The notes under the pieces: generated by a model
Database searches by the model: none
Seen by the model: only the letters and a program-made list of their open reading frames with translations
Told to the model about the DNA's origin: nothing
NCBI GenBank assembly: GCA_965279525.1
Contig: CBDIIB010000003.1
Location: forward strand, 1-64,000
Direction of reading: 5' to 3'
DNA: 64,000 nucleotides
From: Tagaea sp.
Lineage (GTDB): Bacteria; Pseudomonadota; Alphaproteobacteria; CACIAM-22H2
Position numbers and translations under genes: made by a program
Part shown: positions 8,573 to 18,173 of the stretch, in pieces
How the letters are laid out: every line of letters starts with the position of its first letter
How positions within the stretch are numbered: the first letter of the stretch is position 1

Positions 8573-9669
8573 CCGCGTGCCGCGATCGCCTTCAAGGCCC
8601 CGCCCAACGAACCTTCCTCGAGATAGCGCAAGCCGATGAGCCCGCCGAGCAGGATCGCACCCAGGGCCAGCACCGAGCCCGCCGCCAGCGTCGACACGCC
8701 GGTGATCCCCTGGCCGATGGTGCAGCCAAGGGCCGTCACGCCGCCGGTGCCCATCAGGGCCGCCCCGGCGAGATGGCGCAGGAAATCGCCCGTCTGGTTG
8801 AAGCCTTCGATACGGAACTCGCCCGACGCCTTGGCGGCGACGAACGCGCCGCAGACCACGCCGAGCACGCTTGCGACGCCGAAGCCGATCTTCGAGCCGG
8901 TCCACGTCATCGCATAGACGAGCGTCTCGCCGATGGGTGCCACGAACGTGAACGAGGCGAGCGGCACGGGATCGAAATCGTCGTTGCCGACGATGCCGGT
9001 GATCGCCCATCCGGCGACGACGATCAAGCCGACGGCGATGCCGGCGACGATGTCGCGCGTGCTGGCGCGGAACGCCGCGTCCTTGAAACAGTAGTAAAGG
9101 AGCCCTGCGATCGCGGCCCCGGCGATGGCGGCGCGCGCAATGTTCGCCGGCAATCCGGCGAGCGCGGCAAGATCGGGCAGGCCCTGCGCTGAGAGGCCCG
9201 CCCGGCGCAGGTCGATGGCGGCCGGCTCGATGACCGCGACGCGCAACGCCGCCGTCAGGCCGCGCAGCGTCATGTACGCGAAGAGGCCGAGGACGAGGAA
9301 CACGACGAGGCTCTTGAGGTTGCCGGCCCCCAGCCGCACGAGCGTGCGGTTGCCGCAGCCGCCGGCGAGCGTCATGCCGAAGCCGAACATCAGCCCGCCG
9401 ACGATGGCGCCAAGCCAGCCGAATGTGGGTGCGAGGTAAATCGACTTGCCGAGGTCGACAAGGCCGCCGGCATGCAGGACCTGGCTGCCGGCGATGGCGA
9501 CGGCGATGGCGAGCAGCCAGGCCCGCATCCGGTTGTGGTTGCCGAGGAACACGATGTCGGACAGGGCGCCCATCGTGCAGAAGTTCGTGCGCTGGGCGAC
9601 GGCGCCGAAGGCGAGGCCGGCGGCGAAACCCCAGAGAGCCACGGTCTGGTGGACGGGAAGCTCGTTCAT
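8569..9669 (-). CDS. YeeE/YedE family thiosulfate/sulfur-compound transporter
   Basis: QRTNFCTMGA, GGLMFGFGMTLAGGC and LMGTGGVTALGCTIGQG conserved Cys motifs; multiple TM helices. Confidence 0.9.
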   Translation of the reverse strand: MNELPVHQTVALWGFAAGLAFGAVAQRTNFCTMGALSDIVFLGNHNRMRAWLLAIAVAIAGSQVLHAGGLVDLGKSIYLAPTFGWLGAIVGGLMFGFGMTLAGGCGNRTLVRLGAGNLKSLVVFLVLGLFAYMTLRGLTAALRVAVIEPAAIDLRRAGLSAQGLPDLAALAGLPANIARAAIAGAAIAGLLYYCFKDAAFRASTRDIVAGIAVGLIVVAGWAITGIVGNDDFDPVPLASFTFVAPIGETLVYAMTWTGSKIGFGVASVLGVVCGAFVAAKASGEFRIEGFNQTGDFLRHLAGAALMGTGGVTALGCTIGQGITGVSTLAAGSVLALGAILLGGLIGLRYLEEGSLGGALKAIAARG

Positions 9670-9740
9670 CGTCGCGAATGTACCGCTTGCCCGGATTGCG
9701 CGACAACCCGTAAGGTTTGCCGCGTTTTCCGGAGACCGCG

Positions 9741-9968
9741 ATGACCGTCACCACACTCGACGTCAAGGGACTGAACTGCCCGCTGCCGGTGCTGCGTGCC
9801 AAGAAGGCGATGGGCAGCATTCCGCCCGGCGGCACGCTGCGCGTGCTGGCGACCGATCCGGGTGCCGCGCGGGATTTCGACGCGTTCGTGCGCGCGACCG
9901 ACGCCACGCTCGTGAGTTCGTCCGAAGCCGACGGCGTCTTCGTCTTCGAGATCCGCAAGGCCGGATAG
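9741..9968 (+). CDS. tusA: TusA-family sulfurtransferase/sulfur carrier
   Basis: LDVKGLNCPLPVLRAKK and LRVLATDPGA signature; GGAG RBS; divergent from yeeE. Confidence 0.9.
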   Translation: MTVTTLDVKGLNCPLPVLRAKKAMGSIPPGGTLRVLATDPGAARDFDAFVRATDATLVSSSEADGVFVFEIRKAG

Positions 9969-9979
9969 CAAGCGCTGCG

Positions 9980-10897
9980 ATGACAGGTGCCAACGCACGC
10001 AAGGAAGGCCTCTGGCTGCTGGTCCTGCTCGCCGTCTTCTGGGGGGCCAACTGGCCGGCGATGAAGCTCGCCGTGGGCGAGCTCGGCCCGTGGACCTTCC
10101 GCGTCGCGTGCGTCTATGTGGGGGCGGCAGGGCTGTTCGCGCTGGCACTCGCGCGCGGCATCCCGCTGGGCCTGCCGCGCGGGCGCATCGGCATGCTCAC
10201 GCTCGCCGCGGTGCTCAACATCGCGGTCTGGCAGGTGACGTCGGCCTATGCCCTGACGCTGATGTCGGCCGGGCGCGCGGTGCTGGTCGCCTTCACGATG
10301 CCGCTATGGGCGGCCGTCTTCGGTGCCGCGTTCGCCGGCGAAAAGTTCACGGCGCGAAAGACGCTCGCCCTTGCCATCGGCATCGCGGGTCTCGGCCTGC
10401 TGGCGCTGCCGGCCGGCGACACGCTTGGCAACTCGCTTGCGGGCTTGGCGCTGATGCTGTCGGCGGCGATCGCGTGGGGTGCCGGAACGGTGCTGCTGAA
10501 GGCGCAGCGTTTCGCGATGTCGGCGGTGTCGCTGACGGCCTGGCAGCTCGCCATCGCCGGCGTGCCTTTGATCCTCGGCATGCTCCAGTTCGAGATTTTC
10601 GGCCCCCCGGGCGCCATCCTGCCCAAGGGCGGCTTCACCGTGACCGGTTTCGCCGGGGTCGCCTACGCGGCGACCGTGCCGATGATCTTCTGCCACTGGG
10701 CGTGGTTCCGCACGCTCGAGATCCTGCCGGCGTCGGTCGCCTCGATCGGCACGCTGGCCGTCCCGGTCGTGGGCGTCCTGTCGTCGGCATTGCTGATCGG
10801 CGAGCCGATCGGCTGGGCCGAACTTCTGGCGATGGTGTGCGTCGTCGCGGCCCTGGCATTGGCGCTGATCGCACCGGCGCGCGAAGCCGCGTCCTAG
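9980..10897 (+). CDS. DMT/EamA family transporter
   Basis: FWGANWPAMK, FTMPLWA, PVVGVLSSALLIGEPI; about 10 TM helices. Confidence 0.88.
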   Translation: MTGANARKEGLWLLVLLAVFWGANWPAMKLAVGELGPWTFRVACVYVGAAGLFALALARGIPLGLPRGRIGMLTLAAVLNIAVWQVTSAYALTLMSAGRAVLVAFTMPLWAAVFGAAFAGEKFTARKTLALAIGIAGLGLLALPAGDTLGNSLAGLALMLSAAIAWGAGTVLLKAQRFAMSAVSLTAWQLAIAGVPLILGMLQFEIFGPPGAILPKGGFTVTGFAGVAYAATVPMIFCHWAWFRTLEILPASVASIGTLAVPVVGVLSSALLIGEPIGWAELLAMVCVVAALALALIAPAREAAS

Positions 10898-11541
10898 TCG
10901 GCGGCGAGCTTGTCCGGCGGGTTGCCCGCTTGCGCGGCTGCGGCCGCGGCGGCCGCCTTTCGCGCCTGGCGGCGATGCACGAAATAGAGGATCGACGCCG
11001 AGAACGCGAATACGCCGAGCATGATGTAGAGGAAGTTGTGGGCGATATCGCCCATCGCCGCCTCGAGCGCATGGCCGAAGACGTAACCGAACCCGGCGAA
11101 CGAGAATGCCCAGACGAATGCGGCGAAGAAATTGAGGACCGCGAAGCGGACGGGATTGACGCGCGCCATGCCCATCGCGAACGACGCGAAGTTGCGCACG
11201 CCGTAGATGAAGCGGAACGACAGGATGAACCACGTGTCGTAGCGCTTGAGCATTTCGAGCGCGCCGTCCACGCCGTGGCGCCAGTTCGGCCGTTTTTCGA
11301 GGATGCGCGTGCCGTAGCGCCGGCCGAGCCAGAACCACATCTGGTCGCCCGCGAAGCTGCCGAACCACGCCGTCAGCAGCAGGATCCAGAAATGCAGCGT
11401 GCCCTGCTGGGCGGCGGCACCTGCGAAAATGACGAAGGTCTCGCCCTCGAAGAACGTCCACACGAAGATGACCGCGTAGACGAGTGTTCCGTACTCGGCG
11501 ACAAGACGCTGGATATCGTTCGAAAATTCCAAGAAACCCAT
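10894..11541 (-). CDS. DedA family membrane protein
   Basis: FFEGET, GSFAGDQMWFWLGRRYG, FRFIYGVR, FAVLNFFAAFVW motifs. Confidence 0.9.
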   Translation of the reverse strand: MGFLEFSNDIQRLVAEYGTLVYAVIFVWTFFEGETFVIFAGAAAQQGTLHFWILLLTAWFGSFAGDQMWFWLGRRYGTRILEKRPNWRHGVDGALEMLKRYDTWFILSFRFIYGVRNFASFAMGMARVNPVRFAVLNFFAAFVWAFSFAGFGYVFGHALEAAMGDIAHNFLYIMLGVFAFSASILYFVHRRQARKAAAAAAAAQAGNPPDKLAAD

Positions 11542-11643
11542 CCCGTCCGGATTGTGGTACCTTATTCCCAGCCCTAAATTCGGTCGCGACGTTACCACGT
11601 TCCCGGATCGACGGAAGGGAACGGGGCCACGAGGATCGGGAGA

Positions 11644-11883
11644 ATGACGATGATGTTTCGTTTCGCTTTTGCGGTCGTTGCAGCCGGTCTCGTCCTGGCG
11701 GGACCTGCCTTGGCCGAGGATCCGCGGCCGAACAGCACGCCGCCCAAGGTCAACAAGGACGCCGACAACATCAATGCGGCAAACCAGCGCGTCTTCCACG
11801 CAGGCCCGGGCAAGCCGCTTCAGGGAACCGTCTGGACGCCGCCGTCCGCCGTCGTGAAGACCGAGAAGGCGCCGCCCAAATAG
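11644..11883 (+). CDS. Small secreted Pro-rich hypothetical protein
   Basis: GGGAG RBS, Sec-type signal ending ALA-E, high GC3. Confidence 0.65.
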   Translation: MTMMFRFAFAVVAAGLVLAGPALAEDPRPNSTPPKVNKDADNINAANQRVFHAGPGKPLQGTVWTPPSAVVKTEKAPPK

Positions 11884-11887
11884 GCGG

Positions 11888-12295
11888 TCAGGGGGCGGGG
11901 GCCGACAGGTCCACCGGCCGGACGGCCGTTTCCGTGCATTCCGTGGCACCGCCAAGCGTGCGGATGCAGCGGTAGCGGGCGTTGGGGTCCGCCTTGGCCG
12001 GCGGTTCGCCGTTGAAGCGGACGAGCTGGTCGCACAGCAGCGCACGATCGCCGGTCAGGTACATGCCTTCGCATCGGCCGGGCAGGAAATTCGGGCCGAG
12101 CAGGATGGCAGCACCAAAGATGCCGGCACCGACATGGGTCGTATAGGGGTCGGTGAAGTTCTTCACCTTGGTCGGGACCGCGCTGAGCGGCGGGCTGCCC
12201 TGGATGCTCGGCGTGCGATCCGAACAGGCGGCGACGGCCATGCCCAGCAGGAGCACGGCGGCGGACGTCCGGAGACGGGGTGATAGCTTGAACAT
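11888..12295 (-). CDS. Hypothetical lipoprotein with four further Cys
   Basis: MFKLSPRLRTSAAVLLLGMAVAAC lipobox-like signal. Confidence 0.65.
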   Translation of the reverse strand: MFKLSPRLRTSAAVLLLGMAVAACSDRTPSIQGSPPLSAVPTKVKNFTDPYTTHVGAGIFGAAILLGPNFLPGRCEGMYLTGDRALLCDQLVRFNGEPPAKADPNARYRCIRTLGGATECTETAVRPVDLSAPAP

Positions 12296-12318
12296 ATCTA
12301 AAATTTGAACCAAATTAA

Positions 12319-12333
12319 TTAAGAAACCGTAAA
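12319..12333. promoter_or_regulatory. Possible CtrA-like site
   Basis: TTAA-GAAACCG-TAAA, 7 of 8 matches to TTAA-N7-TTAA, in an AT-rich patch upstream of the lipoprotein gene. Confidence 0.3.
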
Positions 12334-12345
12334 TCCTCCGACGAA

Positions 12346-13125
12346 TCAGCCATTCGCCTTGTAAAGGGCCATTTCGTGGAAGAAATCGTCGAAAGCGGCC
12401 GTCGGGGTCACGCCGGTGGCCGCCTCGAAGCGCACGACCGCTTCGAGCGGCAGGTTGCGCACGGGGGCGAACAGATTGTCGAACACGGTCAGGAAGTCGG
12501 CCTTGGTGAACTGGGCGACGTCGAGGCCGTCGCCGAGCTGGACGTACTTGTTCGGCCCCAGGCTGATCGATGTCTGCTTGTGCTGCATGATGCGGAAGAA
12601 CCACTCGCGGCGCGTGTCGAAGCGCTTGAAAGCCTTCGCGATCTTGACCAGCATCTGCCAGAAGATCGTCTGCGCGCGCGGGTCGGCATAGAACTCGTCC
12701 CACGTGAACGCCTCGCCGGCGCGTTCGCGGATCTCGTCGACGATGAGCGTGCACTGCGCGTTCCATTCGTTCTCCTCGTCGCCGACGAGCGAATGGATGA
12801 AAAAGAAAAAGTTGTGCAGCATGCCCCGGTCGAGCTGCTGGGACTGGAAGAAGTCCGACAGCGGATGCACGACGAGGCGGCCGAACGAGTTGGTCCGCCG
12901 GTTGACCTGCTGGGCGTCGACGATGGTGCTGACGATCTGCGAGAAGACCGCCCGGTAGAAATTGTCCATCTCGCCCGACACCTTCATCGCCTCGGCGATG
13001 CGCGTGACGTCGTCGGCACCGATGTTGCCGCCGCGCCGCTCGACCTCGGCCTCCACCGTCTTGACGAAGGCGTCGAGCATCGTGACGACGGCGTGGCGGA
13101 TCTGCAGGGGGCCTTTTGCGAACAT
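12346..13125 (-). CDS. Hypothetical protein (259 aa, soluble, helical)
   Basis: Strong coding bias from MFAKGPLQIRHAVV; no recognisable motif. Confidence 0.75.
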   Translation of the reverse strand: MFAKGPLQIRHAVVTMLDAFVKTVEAEVERRGGNIGADDVTRIAEAMKVSGEMDNFYRAVFSQIVSTIVDAQQVNRRTNSFGRLVVHPLSDFFQSQQLDRGMLHNFFFFIHSLVGDEENEWNAQCTLIVDEIRERAGEAFTWDEFYADPRAQTIFWQMLVKIAKAFKRFDTRREWFFRIMQHKQTSISLGPNKYVQLGDGLDVAQFTKADFLTVFDNLFAPVRNLPLEAVVRFEAATGVTPTAAFDDFFHEMALYKANG

Positions 13126-13257
13126 GATGGCGCTGAGACTAGCCCTTGGCGCGGCGCTTGGGAATCGTTCCGCGCAGGAATCCTTCCTGCTGCGGCGGGT
13201 GCCAATCGCGGTGCCAACTGCTAGGCTTGGCACCGGTCGAGGAGTGGGGAAACAGGG

Positions 13258-14232
13258 TTGTCCAACGACGCATCGCTCTATGCCGGCAAGACGGTCCTCG
13301 TGACCGGTGCCACCGGGCTCTATGGCCGCACGCTGGTTCCGCGGCTGCTGGCGCTGGGGGCCCGCGTGCGCACCGTGTCGACGCGCGAAGCGCCGCCCGG
13401 CTTTCCGGGCGGGGACAAAGCCGTCGAGCATATGGCGGGCGACCTTACCGACAGGCATTTCGCCGATCGGGCGGCGGCAGGCGCCGACGGCCTGTTCCAT
13501 CTCGCCGGCAGGCGCGGGTCGATCGCCATCCAGATCGCGCGCGCGGCGACGATGCTCGGCGAGAACACGCTCATCTGCATGAACATGCTCGAGGCAGCGC
13601 GCCGGGCGAAGATCGCGCGCATCGTCTATGTCAGCACGGTATCGGTCTATCCGCCGCTCGAACTCTATCGCGAGGACCTGACCTGGTCGGCGAATCCCCA
13701 TCCGGCGAACGAGTATGTCGCCTGGGCCAAGCGGATCGTCGAGAAGCTGATCGAGGCCTACCGGATCGAGTACGGCATGACCAACATCGCCGTCGTGCGC
13801 CCGGTCAACACGTTCGGCCCCCACGACGACTTCGATCCGAAGACGGCACTCGTCGTGCCGGCCCTCATCGCGCGGGCACTTTCGGGCGAGAATCCGTTCA
13901 CGGTCTGGGGCGACGGATCGGCCGTGCGCGACTTCCTCTATGTCGAGGATGCCGTCGACGGCCTGCTCGCGGCCTACGAGCGCGGCCTGGGTGCGGGGCC
14001 GGTCAATCTGGGCAGCGGGCGCGGCTATGCGGTGCGCGAGGTCGTGGCGAGCGTGCTCGCGCATTCGGGCATGTCGCCCGAGGTGCGCTGGGACACCGGC
14101 AAGCCGGCGGGCGAAGCACGTAAAGTGGCCGACACGACGCGCGCGAAGGCGATCCTCGGATTCGAGCCCCGGGTCGGGCTCGACGAAGGGATACGCCGGA
14201 CGATCGCCTGGTATCGCGCGGCCGGACGATAG
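13258..14232 (+). CDS. NAD(P)-dependent epimerase/dehydratase, GDP-L-fucose synthase-like extended SDR
   Basis: [41 protein letters not shown]; TTG start. Confidence 0.85.
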   Translation: MSNDASLYAGKTVLVTGATGLYGRTLVPRLLALGARVRTVSTREAPPGFPGGDKAVEHMAGDLTDRHFADRAAAGADGLFHLAGRRGSIAIQIARAATMLGENTLICMNMLEAARRAKIARIVYVSTVSVYPPLELYREDLTWSANPHPANEYVAWAKRIVEKLIEAYRIEYGMTNIAVVRPVNTFGPHDDFDPKTALVVPALIARALSGENPFTVWGDGSAVRDFLYVEDAVDGLLAAYERGLGAGPVNLGSGRGYAVREVVASVLAHSGMSPEVRWDTGKPAGEARKVADTTRAKAILGFEPRVGLDEGIRRTIAWYRAAGR

Positions 14233-14261
14233 AAGACGAAGGGACGGGACGGCGTTCGGGG

Positions 14262-16190
14262 ATGGTCAGGCGTTTTGCGATCCTAGCGTTCTTCGCGATG
14301 CTCCTCGCATTCGCGGCAATCCTCCATTCGGCGAACCGCTTTGCCGAGGCGGCACTCGTGCGCGCGGGCACCCATGCCGCCGAAATCGTCGCCCAGGGTT
14401 TCACCAACTCCGTCTGGCCGCAGATCCGCGACGCGATCCTCGGCCAGTCGGCGCAGTCGGACGAGACGCTGCGCGCGCGATCGGAGACGCGCCGCATCGA
14501 CGGGCTGCTGCGCGCCTTCCTCGCCGGGACCGACATCGTCAAGGTCAAGATCTATGATCTCGACGGGCGCGCGATCTATTCATCCGAGTTCGCCGACATC
14601 GGCCAGGACAAGACGGCCCAGCCGCCCTATGAGGAAGCCAAGCGCGGCACGATCGGCAGCGCGCTTACGTTCCGCGAGCGGATGAACGCGTTCGACGGAC
14701 CCCGGACGGATGCATACATCCTGGGTACCTACGTGCCGATCTTCGGAGCTCCGGGGACGGTCGACGGCGTCTTCGAGTTCTATTCTGACCAGACCGCCGT
14801 GGTTTCCGACGCGCGCGCGCGACTGTGGCTGCTGGCAGTCTCGCTGGCACCGACACTGCTGGTGCTCCACGCCGTCCTCTCGTTCTACGTCTGGCGCGTC
14901 GACCGCACGCAGCGCCGCCAGCGGGCCGAACTGGTCGCGATCGCGGACCGCCTCGCGAGCGAGCAGCGCCAGCTCATCGATGCCAACGACGCCAACGCCG
15001 CTCTCGTCGGCGAGCTGAGCCGCGCCAAGGCGCAGGCGGAATCCGCCAACGTCGCGAAGTCGGCTTTCCTCGCCACGATGAGCCACGAGATCCGCACGCC
15101 GATGAACGGCGTGGTCTCGACGACCGACCTGCTGGCCGAGACCAGCCTCGACGAAACGCAGAGCCGCTATGTCGGCATCATCGCCCGCTCTGCCGATATC
15201 CTGATGGGCGTCGTCAACGACGTGCTCGATTTCTCCAAGCTCGACGCAGGCGCCATGCGCGTCGAGGCGACGGACTGCAATCCCGTGCAGATCGTCGAGC
15301 AGGTCGTCTCACTTCTCGAGACCGCGGCCGCCGAGAAGCGCATCCGCGTGTCGGTCGACGTGGCGCCCGACATGCCGGCATTCGTGCGCACCGATCCGGC
15401 GCGCCTGCGTCAGATCCTGCTCAATCTCGTCGGCAACGCGATCAAGTTCACGCCGGCCGGCCGCGTCGACATCGCGCTGGGCGTGCGTCGGGCGGATGGC
15501 GTCCAGCGCCTGTCGATAGCGGTCGCCGACACGGGCATCGGCATCGAGGCCGACGTGATTCCGACGCTGTTTTCCCGTTTCAGCCAGGCGGACGGCTCCA
15601 TCACGCGGCGATTCGGCGGATCGGGTTTGGGGCTCGCGATCGCACGCCAGCTCGCCCGCCTGATGGGCGGAGACATTTCGGTGGTCTCTTCGCCCGGTGC
15701 CGGATCGACTTTCACCCTCGACATCGAGGCCTGCACGGGGGCCGCGCCTGCCGACGCCGAGCCGCGTTCCAGCGTGCGCGCCGAAGGACGGCGTCTGCGC
15801 ATCCTCGTCGCGGAAGACACCGAGATGAACCGCGTCGTGATCGCCCATCTGCTCGACCGTCTCGGTCACGATTTCGTCTTCGCTCTCGACGGCGCGCAGG
15901 CGATCGCGCGCATCGAGCAGGACGCCTTCGATCTCGTGCTGATGGACGTGCAGATGCCCGGGATGGACGGCGTGACGGCAACCCGCCGCATCCGCGCGCG
16001 GGGCGACGCGCGCGGATGCGTGCCGATCGTGGCGCTGACCGCTTTCGCGATGTCGGGCGACCGGGAGAACTATATCGCGGCCGGAATGGACGACTATCTC
16101 GCCAAGCCGGTCACGCTCGACGCCCTTGCCCGGGCCATCGGACGGGCGGTGGCCCTGTCCCGCAACGCGGCGGGCGCGATTTCGAATTGA
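14262..16190 (+). CDS. Hybrid sensor histidine kinase (2 TM, periplasmic sensor, HisKA, HATPase, REC)
   Basis: [16 protein letters not shown]-box, [23 protein letters not shown]; receiver [14 protein letters not shown] and YLAKP. Confidence 0.93.
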   Translation: MVRRFAILAFFAMLLAFAAILHSANRFAEAALVRAGTHAAEIVAQGFTNSVWPQIRDAILGQSAQSDETLRARSETRRIDGLLRAFLAGTDIVKVKIYDLDGRAIYSSEFADIGQDKTAQPPYEEAKRGTIGSALTFRERMNAFDGPRTDAYILGTYVPIFGAPGTVDGVFEFYSDQTAVVSDARARLWLLAVSLAPTLLVLHAVLSFYVWRVDRTQRRQRAELVAIADRLASEQRQLIDANDANAALVGELSRAKAQAESANVAKSAFLATMSHEIRTPMNGVVSTTDLLAETSLDETQSRYVGIIARSADILMGVVNDVLDFSKLDAGAMRVEATDCNPVQIVEQVVSLLETAAAEKRIRVSVDVAPDMPAFVRTDPARLRQILLNLVGNAIKFTPAGRVDIALGVRRADGVQRLSIAVADTGIGIEADVIPTLFSRFSQADGSITRRFGGSGLGLAIARQLARLMGGDISVVSSPGAGSTFTLDIEACTGAAPADAEPRSSVRAEGRRLRILVAEDTEMNRVVIAHLLDRLGHDFVFALDGAQAIARIEQDAFDLVLMDVQMPGMDGVTATRRIRARGDARGCVPIVALTAFAMSGDRENYIAAGMDDYLAKPVTLDALARAIGRAVALSRNAAGAISN

Positions 16191-16281
16191 AGTGGCCGGA
16201 TGTCGCACTAGTCTCTATCGGCACGGCGCGTGCGTGAACGGTATCAGGGAACGGGGCTGCGCCGACACGAGAGTCCACGAG

Positions 16282-16740
16282 ATGTCCCAGCCGTTCGACC
16301 CGGAATCGATACGCCCTCAGCGGCTGCGCCGTCTCCACGACTATTGGCTCGCCAAAGCGGGAACGCGGGCAATGCCCGCGCGCGCGGATATCGATCCGGT
16401 CGAGATCCCCTGGGCGATCGGGCATCTTTCGCTGATCGACGTCGAGCCGGGCGGCGACTACCGCTTCCGGCTCGATGCGCCGCGCAACGCCGAATTCTTC
16501 AAGCGCGACATGACCGGCCTGACGCTCGCCGACTATCCGTTTCCGGACCGCGCGGCCTTCATGCGCGAGGGCTATGACGCGGTCGTCGCCTCCGGCCGTC
16601 CGCATCTGGCGGCACGCGATTTCCTGATCGATTACCGGCGCTGGCAGTACGAGATCCTGCTCCTGCCGCTGTCGGCTGACGGCAAGCAGGTGAATATGCT
16701 GATGTCGATGCTGGAAATCGGCCGCGAACTGCGCGCCTGA
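16282..16740 (+). CDS. Stand-alone PAS (PAS_5-like) protein
   Basis: LHDYWLAKAG-RAMPARADIDPVEI, YRFRL, YEILLLPLSADG. Confidence 0.85.
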   Translation: MSQPFDPESIRPQRLRRLHDYWLAKAGTRAMPARADIDPVEIPWAIGHLSLIDVEPGGDYRFRLDAPRNAEFFKRDMTGLTLADYPFPDRAAFMREGYDAVVASGRPHLAARDFLIDYRRWQYEILLLPLSADGKQVNMLMSMLEIGRELRA

Positions 16741-16756
16741 CCTGCGGCGTCCGGCG

Positions 16757-17242
16757 TCAGCGCAGCGCCACGCAGCACAAAAGGATGTCCGGCCTGTCGC
16801 CGTCGTCCGACAGCGGCAGCACGATCCGGCGCGCACCCCGGAAATCGCGGTCGGGATAGGCGAGCGGCAAGTCGAGCGTCATCGGCGTGCCGGTCCGCTC
16901 GGCGGCGTCGAGCCAGTCGACGACGTTGCCCAGGCGCTTGGGCGACAGGACGTCGTCGACGAACCGGTTGGTCACTTCAGCACCGATCGCATTGACGATG
17001 CCCGTCCCGACGAGCCGGTAGCGGTAGCGCGGGCGCGAATCGTCGGTCGCACGCACGATGTCGTGCAGGATCAGGTAGGGCAGGATGCCGCGGTCGATCT
17101 CGACCATGTCGATGTCGCGACGTGCGGGCATCGGCCGGCCGGCGCACTTGGACTGCCAGTACGCGTGGATGCTCGCGATCATGGGCTCGCGTCCGCCGAA
17201 GGGCACCTGCCCTGCCTGGACCGCGTCGATGGGGCCGTTCAT
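16757..17242 (-). CDS. Stand-alone PAS (PAS_5-like) protein
   Basis: HAYWQSKCAGRPMPARRDID, YRYRLVGT, RIVLPLSDDG; GGAG upstream of ATG 17242. Confidence 0.85.
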   Translation of the reverse strand: MNGPIDAVQAGQVPFGGREPMIASIHAYWQSKCAGRPMPARRDIDMVEIDRGILPYLILHDIVRATDDSRPRYRYRLVGTGIVNAIGAEVTNRFVDDVLSPKRLGNVVDWLDAAERTGTPMTLDLPLAYPDRDFRGARRIVLPLSDDGDRPDILLCCVALR

Positions 17243-17298
17243 CCGGGGACTGTCTCCAAGGATCGTCTGGAGACCGGGAATTAGGTTTTCCCATTGCA

Positions 17299-17313
17299 TA
17301 TTGCAATGCAACA
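17299..17313. promoter_or_regulatory. TGC-N3-GCA palindrome, possibly a PhaR-type operator
   Basis: TATTGC-AAT-GCAACA in the divergent intergenic region. Confidence 0.3.
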
Positions 17314-17548
17314 TCCGACGGTCGCCGATATACTTTCGGCTATTCGGCTATCCACAAAAAATACCAAACATATGTATTCAAAAGACTATTCGGTAGAGGC
17401 CGGCTGTATGCACGGCTGGCATGCGCGGACCAATCGTCCGCGTTAGGTAGATTCCGATCCTGCCGGATCGCGCGGCCAGTTCGCAAGTATCGGCATGTCC
17501 GACCGCACCGCGCCACCCGGCCGGTCGTCGGCACGGGAGCGATCCGGC

Positions 17549-17965
17549 ATGAGCAAGACGACACCCATCCACACGAAGGTAGCCAAGCCGGCGACCTTTT
17601 TCGAGGAACCGCGCGACGTGGTGGCGGATCCGAAGTTGTCCAAGGAGCAGAAGGTCGAAGCGCTCGACACGCTCGAGCAGGACGCGCGCCAGATCGCGGA
17701 AGCCACGTCCGAAGGGATGGCTGGCGGCGAACGCAACAAGCTGCACGAGGTTCTCGAGGCGAAGGACACGCTCGCCCTCCAGCCGCTCAACGAGGCCTAC
17801 GTGCTGGTGCTCGACGACATGCGCGCACGCGAGAAGCGCGAGACCGAGATCGCGACGCACGTGATGCTGCGCCAGGGGATCGTGGCACTGGAAGGTCTCG
17901 TCGCGGCCTATGCGACGACCCGCCGGATCGCCACGGATGCCGCGACTGAACTGCTCAAGGCATGA
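17549..17965 (+). CDS. Hypothetical protein (138 aa)
   Basis: GGGAG upstream; FEEPRDVVADPKLSKEQKVEAL...DARQ...EGM; high GC3. Confidence 0.75.
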   Translation: MSKTTPIHTKVAKPATFFEEPRDVVADPKLSKEQKVEALDTLEQDARQIAEATSEGMAGGERNKLHEVLEAKDTLALQPLNEAYVLVLDDMRAREKRETEIATHVMLRQGIVALEGLVAAYATTRRIATDAATELLKA

Positions 17966-17979
17966 TGGTTGCGCGCCGG

Positions 17980-18051
17980 TGCCGGGTGAGGGGATTGAAC
18001 CCCCGACCTTCGGTTTACAAAACCGCTGCTCTACCGCTGAGCTAACCCGGC
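17980..18051 (-). tRNA. tRNA-Thr(UGU)
   Basis: Reverse complement GCCGGGTTAGCTCAGCGGTAGAGCAGCGGTTTTGTAAACCGAAGGTCGGGGGTTCAATCCCCTCACCCGGCA folds into a cloverleaf with anticodon TGT; followed by CCG rather than CCA. Confidence 0.95.
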
Positions 18052-18173
18052 ATCCGGTCGACGGTTATTAGTTATCCGGAATCGCCGTGTCTAGGCCGAT
18101 TGCCGGAACGGAACTCCGGAGACGGCAGATCAATGGCTTATGCGACTGCCCCGACGGGGACAAGGGTGCGCCG

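Noticed and set aside
17348-17356. DnaA-box-like CTATCCACA in AT-rich DNA
   Set aside because: Single imperfect box with no replication genes nearby; no support for an origin.
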